A stretch of 64,000 nucleotides of DNA from Oscillospiraceae bacterium (GTDB taxonomy: Bacteria; Bacillota; Clostridia; Oscillospirales; Oscillospiraceae). Below, one piece after another: positions 39,387 through 47,507 of the stretch. The stretch's first letter is position 1. Each line of letters starts with the position of its first letter. The notes under the pieces are model-generated. The model made no database searches and had not been told where the DNA came from. It saw only the letters and a list, made by a program, of their open reading frames with translations. The translations under genes and the position numbers were made by a program. The stretch spans positions 25 to 64,024 of the forward strand of contig JAHAWY010000041.1 of assembly GCA_018385135.1 (NCBI GenBank), written 5' to 3'.

Positions 39387-40925
39387 TTGGAAGAAAAAAC
39401 CGCCGCAGTACAAATGCGCGACATTACCAAGCGCTTTGGTCCGGTTCTCGCCAATGACAGGGTCTGGCTGGATATATACAAGGGAGAAATCATGGCATTG
39501 CTGGGCGAAAACGGCTCCGGCAAAACCACTCTTATGAATATGCTCTCAGGCATCTACTATCCGGACAGCGGTCACATTTTTGTAAACGGCCGCGAGGTTT
39601 CCATCCGCAGTCCCAAGGATGCCTTTGACCTTGGTATTGGCATGATCCACCAGCATTTCAAGCTGGTGGATGTTCTCACAGCCGCGGAGAACATCATTCT
39701 CGGTCTGCCCGGAAAAGGCAGGCTTGACCTCAAGAAGGTCAGCGCACGCGTTAAGGAGATATGCGACCAATACGGCTTTGATATCGACCCTGAGCAGAAG
39801 ATATACGATATGTCCGTTTCTCAGAAGCAGACTGTGGAGATCGTCAAGGCGCTGTACCGCGGAGCGGACATCCTTATTCTTGACGAGCCGACCGCCGTTC
39901 TCACCCCTCAGGAAACCGACAAGCTCTTCGCAGTTTTGCGCAATATGCGCGCAGACGGCAAAGCAGTCGTCATCATCACCCATAAGCTGCACGAGGTTGA
40001 GGAGCTGTCTGACCGCGTAGCCATCCTCCGCCGCGGACAGTTTGTTGGAGACACTCCCACAAAGGCAACCAATGCCCAGGAGATGACCAACATGATGGTC
40101 GGGCATCCCGTCTCTCTTAACATTTCCCGCCCTGAGCCTGTCAACCCCGAACCGAGGCTCGTAGTTGAAAACCTCACCGTCTGCGATATTGACGGCGTTG
40201 TCAAGCTTGACAATGTTTCCTTCACCGCTAACAGCGGAGAAATTCTCGGTATCGCCGGTATTTCCGGCTGCGGTCAAAAAGAGCTTTTGGAGGCAATCGC
40301 AGGTCTGCAGCCCGTTGAGAAGGGCTCTATCACCTATATTGAGCCAAAAACCGGCAAAAAAGAAGCCCTCATTGGCAAAGACCCGCTAAAGATCAGCTCA
40401 ATGGGCATCACCCTCTCCTTCGTACCCGAGGATCGCCTCGGCATGGGTCTTGTTGCAAATCTGGATCTTACGGACAATATGATGCTCCGTTCCTTCCGCA
40501 AGGGGCGCTCCGTTTTTACTGATCGCAAAGCCCCGAAAAAGCTTGCTGAACAGGTGGTTTCAGAGCTGGAAGTCAACACCCCCGGCGTTTCCACCCCCGT
40601 AAGAAAGCTCTCCGGCGGCAACGTGCAAAAGGTTTTGGTCGGACGCGAGATCTCCTCCTCACCCACGGTTTTGATGACCGCCTACGCCGTGCGAGGGCTT
40701 GATATCAACTCCTCCTACACGATTTATGACCTGATAAACAAGCAAAAGCAGCAGGGAGTCGCCGTTATTTATGTCGGCGAGGATCTGGATGTTCTGCTTG
40801 AGCTTTGCGACAGAATTCTGGTGCTATGCGGAGGAAAGGTCTCAGGCATCGTGCAGGGTACTGAAACAGACAAACGCCAGGTCGGCATGATGATGACTAC
40901 TCTCGGAGGTGAGGAACAGGCATGA
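39387..40925 (+). CDS. ABC transporter ATP-binding protein with duplicated ATPase domains (nucleoside/sugar type)
   Basis: GENGSGKTT, MSVSQKQTVEIVKAL, ILDEPTAVL and a second LSGGNVQKVLVGRE. TTG at 39387 sits 8 nt after AGGAG. Confidence 0.88.
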   Translation: MEEKTAAVQMRDITKRFGPVLANDRVWLDIYKGEIMALLGENGSGKTTLMNMLSGIYYPDSGHIFVNGREVSIRSPKDAFDLGIGMIHQHFKLVDVLTAAENIILGLPGKGRLDLKKVSARVKEICDQYGFDIDPEQKIYDMSVSQKQTVEIVKALYRGADILILDEPTAVLTPQETDKLFAVLRNMRADGKAVVIITHKLHEVEELSDRVAILRRGQFVGDTPTKATNAQEMTNMMVGHPVSLNISRPEPVNPEPRLVVENLTVCDIDGVVKLDNVSFTANSGEILGIAGISGCGQKELLEAIAGLQPVEKGSITYIEPKTGKKEALIGKDPLKISSMGITLSFVPEDRLGMGLVANLDLTDNMMLRSFRKGRSVFTDRKAPKKLAEQVVSELEVNTPGVSTPVRKLSGGNVQKVLVGREISSSPTVLMTAYAVRGLDINSSYTIYDLINKQKQQGVAVIYVGEDLDVLLELCDRILVLCGGKVSGIVQGTETDKRQVGMMMTTLGGEEQA

Positions 40926-42022
40926 ACGAAAAAGTAAAAGAGCCCCTTATCCGCATCTCGAAGCGCGCCGGTCTCCCCGTTTGGAAGGCGTGGCTCATTC
41001 GAGTAGCTGCAATTATTATCGCGCTTATTGTCTGCGCCACCGTCACAACTCTGATGACGGGTGAAAACCCTCTGCAAGTGTATTCCACAATGCTTTACGG
41101 CGCCTTTGGCACTCCACGCAAGATTTGGATGCTCTGCCAGTGTCTCGCCATTTTGCTTTGCATTTCTCTGGCTGTCACCCCCGCCTTCAAAATGCGCTTT
41201 TGGAATATCGGCGCCGAAGGTCAGGTGCTTATGGGCGGTCTTGCCACCGCGGCGTGCATGATTTTGCTGGGCGACGCTCTCCCCAACTGGCTTCTCATCA
41301 TCGTGATGCTTGCCGCAAGCCTCCTTGCCGGCGCGATTTGGGCATTTATTCCCGCTTTCTTCAAGGCGAAATGGAACACCAACGAAACCCTTTTCACGCT
41401 GATGATGAACTATGTTGCAACGCAGCTCGTTGCTTTCTTTGTCATCCTTTGGGAGGTTCCCAAGGGCGCGGGCAAAATCGGCATAATCAATCAAAGCACC
41501 ATGGCAGGCTGGCTGCCTGTGATCGGCGGTCAGAAATACCTTTTGAATATCATCGTAGTTGCCGCCTTGACCATAGGTATGTATATCTACCTTAATTACA
41601 GCAAGCATGGCTACGAGATCACTGTCGTCGGCGAAAGCGAACGCACCGCTCGCTATATAGGCATAAACGTCCGCAAGGTGATCATCCGCACGCTGCTGCT
41701 TTCCGGAGCAGTCTGCGGTCTTGCGGGACTTCTGCTTGTCGGCGGTACAGACCATACCATTACCACCACCATTGCAGGCGGCCGCGGCTTTACGGCGGTC
41801 ATGGTTTCATGGCTTGCAAAGTTTAACCCCATCTTTATGATATTAACAAGCTTCCTTCTTGTGTTTTTAGACAGGGGTGCAAGCGAGATTTCAACCGTTT
41901 TCGGTCTTAACCACTCCTTTGGCGATATTCTCTCCGGTATTATCCTGTTTTTCATCATAGGCTGTGAGTTCTTTGTTTCCTACCAAATCCATCTGCGTAA
42001 AAACGCAGGAAAGGAGGACTAA
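40922..42022 (+). CDS. ABC transporter permease (BMP/nucleoside system)
   Basis: Multi-TM protein with an ATGA overlap with the ATPase gene. Confidence 0.85.
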   Translation: MNEKVKEPLIRISKRAGLPVWKAWLIRVAAIIIALIVCATVTTLMTGENPLQVYSTMLYGAFGTPRKIWMLCQCLAILLCISLAVTPAFKMRFWNIGAEGQVLMGGLATAACMILLGDALPNWLLIIVMLAASLLAGAIWAFIPAFFKAKWNTNETLFTLMMNYVATQLVAFFVILWEVPKGAGKIGIINQSTMAGWLPVIGGQKYLLNIIVVAALTIGMYIYLNYSKHGYEITVVGESERTARYIGINVRKVIIRTLLLSGAVCGLAGLLLVGGTDHTITTTIAGGRGFTAVMVSWLAKFNPIFMILTSFLLVFLDRGASEISTVFGLNHSFGDILSGIILFFIIGCEFFVSYQIHLRKNAGKED

Positions 42023-42026
42023 TGCT

Positions 42027-43019
42027 ATGTTTGATATTGTTTCCTTTATCCCCCGCGCGGTCATGCAGAGCATTCCCCTCCTCCTCGGCAGCACCGGCGA
42101 AACACTCACGGAAAAATCAGGCAACCTCAACCTCGGAATTCCGGGCGTTATGTATGTCGGCGGTATCTGCGGCGTTATCGGCGCTTTTCTCTATGAGCAG
42201 TCGGCAGGCTCAGCCTCGGCGATGAACCCTGTGCTGGGCGTGCTTATCCCCTTGCTTGCCTGCCTTATCGGTTCTCTGCTCATGGGCTTGCTCTACTGCT
42301 TCCTTACCGTTACCCTGCGTGCCAATCAGAACGTCACGGGTCTTGCCATGACGACCTTCGGCGTTGGCTTCGGCAACTTTTTCGGCGGCTCGCTGATAAA
42401 GCTCACAGACAGCGAGGTCTCGTCCATCGCGCTTTCGGCGACCAGCGCTTTTTTCAGCAAAAGCCTTCCCTTTGCAGATAAGCTCGGCTGGTTCGGCAAA
42501 ATTTTTCTCTCCTATGGCTTTCTTACATACGTCGCCATAGTGATCGCGTTTTTCTCCGCTCACCTTTTAAGCCGCACACGCACGGGTCTCAATCTGCGTG
42601 CTGTGGGCGAAAACCCCGCCACGGCGGACGCTGCTGGCATCAACATCACCCGCTACAAATACGTTGCAACCTGCGCCGGCTGTATGATAGCGGGTCTCGG
42701 CGGTCTTTATTACGTCATGGATTATGCCTGCGGTGTCTGGTCAAACGACGCCTTTGGCGACCGCGGCTGGCTTGCGATCGCGCTTGTTATCTTCACAATC
42801 TGGCGACCCAACATCAGCGTTTTCGCCTCCATTCTTTTCGGCGGACTGTATATCTTCTATCTGTTCATCCCCACAAGCAATCTGGCTGTCAAAGAGCTAT
42901 ACAAAATGCTTCCCTATGTTGTAACTATCATCGTTCTGGTCGTGGTCTCCATGCGCCGCAGCCGCGAAAGCCAGCCTCCGGCAAATCTAGGACTTCCCTA
43001 TTTCCGTGAGGAGCGATAG
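42027..43019 (+). CDS. ABC transporter permease (second subunit)
   Basis: GSTGETLTEKSGNLNLGIPG is typical of this permease family. The AAGGAGGA RBS sits 8 nt before the ATG at 42027. Confidence 0.85.
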   Translation: MFDIVSFIPRAVMQSIPLLLGSTGETLTEKSGNLNLGIPGVMYVGGICGVIGAFLYEQSAGSASAMNPVLGVLIPLLACLIGSLLMGLLYCFLTVTLRANQNVTGLAMTTFGVGFGNFFGGSLIKLTDSEVSSIALSATSAFFSKSLPFADKLGWFGKIFLSYGFLTYVAIVIAFFSAHLLSRTRTGLNLRAVGENPATADAAGINITRYKYVATCAGCMIAGLGGLYYVMDYACGVWSNDAFGDRGWLAIALVIFTIWRPNISVFASILFGGLYIFYLFIPTSNLAVKELYKMLPYVVTIIVLVVVSMRRSRESQPPANLGLPYFREER

Positions 43020-43026
43020 AAACCAT

Positions 43027-43057
43027 AAAAGCAGGCGGATTTTCCGTCTGCTTTTTA
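43027..43057 (+). terminator. Terminator of the BMP ABC operon
   Basis: aaaagcaggcgga-ttt-tccgtctgctttt plus a T-run. Confidence 0.7.
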
Positions 43058-43177
43058 TATTCGGACATTCAAACAGCTAAAATATATATCCGGTCTTCGT
43101 TAAAAAACTTGTACTTATGAGTCCTTTGTTGTAAAATACAGGCGAGAGAGCCCCATAAAAAAAGAGGAGGAAGATAT

Positions 43178-43819
43178 ATGAGCTACTATTACGATTACGG
43201 CGCATTTCCCTATGAGAGCTACGCTTACTCAGCAGGTCTTGGTTTTGGTTTAGGATATTATCTCATTTCCATCGCCATCACAGTTCTTACAATCGTCGCC
43301 CTGTGGATGATCTTCAAGAAAGCCGGCGAGGAGGGCTGGGCGTCACTTATCCCGTTTTATAACCAGTATATGCTCTATAAAATCACTTGGGGCAACGGCT
43401 GGTATTTCCTTCTTCTGTTGATACCCATTGCAAACATAGTTATCGCAATTATCACGATGGTCAAGCTAGCCCGTGTTTTCGGCAAGAGCGGCGGCTTTGC
43501 CTGCGGTCTTATTTTCCTGAATACAATATTCATGTGCATACTCGCATTCAGCAAGGACATAGTGTATGTCGGCATACCCGGAAAGACCTCCGACGGATAC
43601 AACGGCGGCTCGGCTTCAGCCGGCTTCCAAAACCCATATACTCAAGGTCAGCAGTCCTATCAGTCTGCCCAAGCTGAAACAAAGCAGAGCGACAGCAACC
43701 CCAACTATTTCTACCAGCAGTCCTCCGGGTTCTCCTCCGCTCCGAAATACTGTCCGCAATGCGGTCAGGCGCTTGAGAGCGACGCGAAGTTCTGTCCTTT
43801 CTGCGGAAAAAGGCTATAA
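43178..43819 (+). CDS. DUF5684-like membrane protein with a C-terminal zinc-ribbon
   Basis: MIFKKAGEEGWASLIPFYNQYMLYKI signature, a Gln/Ser-rich linker and C-terminal CPQCG...CPFCG. Confidence 0.65.
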   Translation: MSYYYDYGAFPYESYAYSAGLGFGLGYYLISIAITVLTIVALWMIFKKAGEEGWASLIPFYNQYMLYKITWGNGWYFLLLLIPIANIVIAIITMVKLARVFGKSGGFACGLIFLNTIFMCILAFSKDIVYVGIPGKTSDGYNGGSASAGFQNPYTQGQQSYQSAQAETKQSDSNPNYFYQQSSGFSSAPKYCPQCGQALESDAKFCPFCGKRL

Positions 43820-43825
43820 AACAGC

Positions 43826-43861
43826 AAAACGGTATGAGCCGCGGCTCATACCGTTTTTTTT
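43826..43861. terminator. Bidirectional terminator between convergent genes
   Basis: aaaacggtatgagcc-gc-ggctcataccgtttttttt. Confidence 0.8.
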
Positions 43862-44159
43862 AGCCTATGTAGCCCGTCAAATACGCCACCGCCGCAAGCT
43901 CGACTATCAGTATTGAGGGAAAGCCAATGGTGAATTTTTTGTGCAGGGTCTTGTGGCGAAAGGTATAGATCCCAAAAATACCGCCCAAACTGCCGCCCAG
44001 CGCGGCAAGAAGAAAGAGCGTTTTTTCGGGAATACGCCACTTGTTATGAATCGCCTTGTATTTATCCACTCCCATAGCGGCAAAGCACACCACGTTGATT
44101 GCCGCCAGATACCACCATAAAACAGGGCTTGTACTTTGAATATGCTCAATCATACTCAT
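43860..44159 (-). CDS. DUF1294-family small membrane protein
   Basis: GVDKYKAIHNKWRIPEKTLFLLAALGGSLGGIFGIYTFRHKT is the DUF1294 signature. The start overlaps the ygiQ stop (ATGA). Confidence 0.8.
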   Translation of the reverse strand: MSMIEHIQSTSPVLWWYLAAINVVCFAAMGVDKYKAIHNKWRIPEKTLFLLAALGGSLGGIFGIYTFRHKTLHKKFTIGFPSILIVELAAVAYLTGYIG

Positions 44160-46174
44160 TTTTTCTTTCCCTTCCCCTTGATACTATTCTGCACGGCAGC
44201 AGCCCTCTGTCTCTCCGCCTTGGGCGCGCGCGGCAAAGAGTTGACGCGGCTTGCGGTTTTGCCGCCGCCCATGCCCTTTGCCCTGCCGGAAACCTTTACC
44301 GTATTCTGCTTGGGAGCGCCGCTTTTCGTCCCCTTTTCGGCACTCTTTTTATCGCCGCTTGGCTTTTGCCCGGCATAAGGGCGCACAAGGCAGTCCTTGC
44401 CAAAGCCTATCAAATCCTCTCGACCGGCTTTTTTCAGTGCCTCGATTACAAGCTCGCGCTTATCGGGACGCTTCCATTGCAGCAGCGCTCTTTGCAGTGC
44501 TTTCTCATGGCTGCTTTTGGCAACATAAACAGGCTTCATCGTACGAGGGTCAAGCTCCGTATAATACATGGCTGTGGAAATCGTCCCCGGAGTGGGATAA
44601 AAATCCTGCACCTGCTCGGGCTGCCTGCCGCGTTGATTTAGATATTCCGCCAGCGCCACGGCGTCTTGCAGCGTTGAACCGGGGTGGCTGCTCATAAGAT
44701 AGGGAACAACATACTGTTCCTTTTCAAAGCGCTGGTTAAGGCGCGAATACTTGTCCATAAAGCGCTCATAAACCTCGATATGCGGCTTTCCCATATAGTC
44801 GAGCACGCCGTCGATACAATGCTCCGGGGCAACCTTGAGCTGTCCGGAAATATGATATTTAACAAGCTCGGAGAAAAACTGACCGTTTTTGTCCTCAAGC
44901 ATATAGTCAAATCGTATGCCGCTGCGCACAAAAACCTTTTTAACACCCGGAATTCCACGCAAACGCCGAAGCAGCGACAGATACTCTGAGTGGTCGGCGT
45001 CAAGGTTTTTGCAGGGCGTGGGCGCAAGGCAGCGTTTTTTCGCGCACATACCGTTTTTGTCTTGGTTTTTGCAGGAGTTGTGGCTGAAATTTGCCGTCGG
45101 TCCTCCAACATCGGAAACAAAGCCCTTCCAAAGAGGGTGCTGAGTCATAGCCTCCACCTCGCGCACAACGCTTTCCGTGCTGCGTGCGGAAATCATGCGT
45201 CCCTGATGGAAGGCAAGCGCACAGAAATTGCACGCGCCGAAGCATCCTCGGTTGTGGATAACGGAAAAGCGCACCTCCTCAATGGCGGGCACGCCCCCCA
45301 CCTCGTCATACATGGGGTGTACCTCGCGCGTATAGGGCAGCTCAAAAACCGCGTCCAGCTCTCGGGTGGAAAGCGGCATGGCAGGGGGATTAACGATAAG
45401 TGTTTTGCCTGCGCAGCGCTGGCAAAGCGCCCTGCCGCGTATGGGGTCATGCTCCTCGTATTCAATGCGCGTTGCGTTGGCGTATTCAGTTTTCGATGCC
45501 GCCGTCTCCTCAAAAGAGGGCAGACTGATATACTCAAAGCGGCATTCGTCCTCGCTGTCGGCGATAAACGCCGTGCCTCGAACGGCGCGCATCTGCGAGG
45601 GCTTTACCTTGCGCTTTAGCTGCTTTGCTATCTCCCTTGTGGCAGTCTCGCCCATGCCATAAACCAGCAGATCGGCGGGAGCGTCGAAAAGTATCGGACG
45701 GCGCACCTTGTCGTCCCAATAGTCGTAATGTGAAAAGCGGCGAAGCGAGGCTTCAAGCCCGCCGATAATGATGGGCATATCCGCGCCAAACGCCTCTCGC
45801 GCGCGGTTGGCGTAGACAATCGTCGCCCTGTCCGGACGAAGCCCTGCCCTTTTCCCTGGGGAGTAAAAATCCTCACTGCGGCGCTTCTTTGCCGCGGTGT
45901 AGTGGGCAACCATGCTGTCAAGATTGCCCGCGCCGATGAATACGCCGAAGCGCGGAGCGCCCATTGCTTCAAAGGCGGAGCTATCCTTCCACTCCGGCTG
46001 AGCGAGGAATGCAACGCGCGCGCCGAGCGCTTCGAGCACGCGCGCAATGACCACAGGTCCGAAGCTCGGATGGTCAACATATGCGTCGCCCGATACGACA
46101 AGAAAGTCGTACCAGTACCAGCCGCGCGAAATCATATCCTCTTTTGAAACCGGAAGAAAAGCCTGTGTGTCCAT
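44156..46174 (-). CDS. ygiQ: YgiQ-family radical SAM protein (UPF0313)
   Basis: N-terminal WYWYDFLVVSGDAYVDHPSFG, a CFGACNFC cluster motif and a Lys/Gly-rich basic C-terminal tail. Confidence 0.88.
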   Translation of the reverse strand: MDTQAFLPVSKEDMISRGWYWYDFLVVSGDAYVDHPSFGPVVIARVLEALGARVAFLAQPEWKDSSAFEAMGAPRFGVFIGAGNLDSMVAHYTAAKKRRSEDFYSPGKRAGLRPDRATIVYANRAREAFGADMPIIIGGLEASLRRFSHYDYWDDKVRRPILFDAPADLLVYGMGETATREIAKQLKRKVKPSQMRAVRGTAFIADSEDECRFEYISLPSFEETAASKTEYANATRIEYEEHDPIRGRALCQRCAGKTLIVNPPAMPLSTRELDAVFELPYTREVHPMYDEVGGVPAIEEVRFSVIHNRGCFGACNFCALAFHQGRMISARSTESVVREVEAMTQHPLWKGFVSDVGGPTANFSHNSCKNQDKNGMCAKKRCLAPTPCKNLDADHSEYLSLLRRLRGIPGVKKVFVRSGIRFDYMLEDKNGQFFSELVKYHISGQLKVAPEHCIDGVLDYMGKPHIEVYERFMDKYSRLNQRFEKEQYVVPYLMSSHPGSTLQDAVALAEYLNQRGRQPEQVQDFYPTPGTISTAMYYTELDPRTMKPVYVAKSSHEKALQRALLQWKRPDKRELVIEALKKAGREDLIGFGKDCLVRPYAGQKPSGDKKSAEKGTKSGAPKQNTVKVSGRAKGMGGGKTASRVNSLPRAPKAERQRAAAVQNSIKGKGKKK

Positions 46175-46216
46175 AAAAACCTCTTATGCCGTCAGGCTGC
46201 GGGACAGTCCCTCGCC

Positions 46217-47362
46217 TTAAATCTCTTTTTCAAGCATCCGCAGCATGGCAACATTGCCCTCGGAAACATCTATGCAGTGAAAGCCCATGCCGTCATACAT
46301 TGCAAGAGCGTGCGCATTTGTCTCGGCAACGTGCAGGCGGATACATTTTCTGCCGCGCTTGCGGTAATAGGATATCGCGTGCCCCATAAGCTGCAAGCCG
46401 TAGGCTCTGCCGCGAAATTCGGGAACAACATAAACAAGGCTTACCCAGCCCGCTCTCTCAGCAGCCATGCGCTCAGGGTCAAGCTCAATTATGCCCGCAA
46501 AATCGTCTCCGTGATACGCCTTCATAAGAGTCTGCGGGTCGTTTTTAGATACGCGCATGGCGCACCTTAAATACGGCTCCTTGGAAAAGCCGCTGAGCGT
46601 ACCGTGAGCCTGCTCCCAGCCCTCCTGATAGCAGTTGCAATAAAGCTCCGCGTCCTTGTCCAAATCCATCGGCTCAAAGCGCAGGTTTGTCAAATCCACG
46701 ACCGCCTTGCCGTCGTCCCTCCACCATGTCTGGTTGGCGAAGGTACTCAATTTGCCCGTCAGATGGCTGTTGTCGTTATAATACTCAATCTCCACCCTGC
46801 CGTTTTCCACCTCCAGCAGGGCAACGCAGGTGTTGTCGCCATGCTGAACCTTGCATATCTCCTCCGAGGGAACTCCGAGAACACCGCTGATAAACGCGCG
46901 TATCGCCATGCCATGACTGACGCAGGCGATAGTCTGCCCGTCGTGACGGGCTGCGAGGTCTAAAACAGCCTCCGTGATCCGCTCGCGCAGATGCAAAAAG
47001 CTCTCTCCTCCGGGGATATTCCATTTTTCGGGGTCGTTGCTGAAATAGAAAAACTGCTCGGGATCTTCTGCAACTACGGTGCCCCAGGTTTCATCCTCCC
47101 AAATGCCCATAGACACTTCCTTTAGGCGGGGGTCGATGTTAAGCTTCAAATCGTGGTATTTTAAAATCGCTCCCGCGGTTATCTGAGTACGGCGGAGATC
47201 ACTCGCATAGAGCGCGTCGATTTTAACATCACGAAAGCGCTCGGCAAGAGCTTCAATCTGGCGATAGCCGCGCGGGGTAACAAGGCTGTCGTACTGTCCG
47301 TGAATGCGGCGATAGAGGTTGCCCTCAGCTTCAGCGTGACGGATTAGGTAGATTTTAGTCAT
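46217..47362 (-). CDS. Histidine phosphatase (PGM superfamily) fused to a GNAT N-acetyltransferase domain
   Basis: N-terminal IYLIRHAEAEGN and VSHGMAIRAF. C-terminal GNAT motif A VVPEFRGRAYGLQLMGHAI...MYDGMGF. Confidence 0.8.
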   Translation of the reverse strand: MTKIYLIRHAEAEGNLYRRIHGQYDSLVTPRGYRQIEALAERFRDVKIDALYASDLRRTQITAGAILKYHDLKLNIDPRLKEVSMGIWEDETWGTVVAEDPEQFFYFSNDPEKWNIPGGESFLHLRERITEAVLDLAARHDGQTIACVSHGMAIRAFISGVLGVPSEEICKVQHGDNTCVALLEVENGRVEIEYYNDNSHLTGKLSTFANQTWWRDDGKAVVDLTNLRFEPMDLDKDAELYCNCYQEGWEQAHGTLSGFSKEPYLRCAMRVSKNDPQTLMKAYHGDDFAGIIELDPERMAAERAGWVSLVYVVPEFRGRAYGLQLMGHAISYYRKRGRKCIRLHVAETNAHALAMYDGMGFHCIDVSEGNVAMLRMLEKEI

Positions 47363-47377
47363 GTTGACCTCCGATTG

Positions 47378-47406
47378 TTGACCGCGTGGGTCGAATGAGA
47401 TATAAT
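47378..47406 (+). promoter_or_regulatory. Sigma-A promoter of the GT4-CsaB gene
   Basis: TTGACC (47378-47383), 17 nt, TATAAT (47401-47406). Confidence 0.6.
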
Positions 47407-47507
47407 ACGTTGTTGTAATAAAACCAGTGCCGATATATTTTATAATAAATCAGAAGAATAAACAAGGGCGTACGCAAATTTTTGTGTACTTCTATGGAGG
47501 AACGGAT

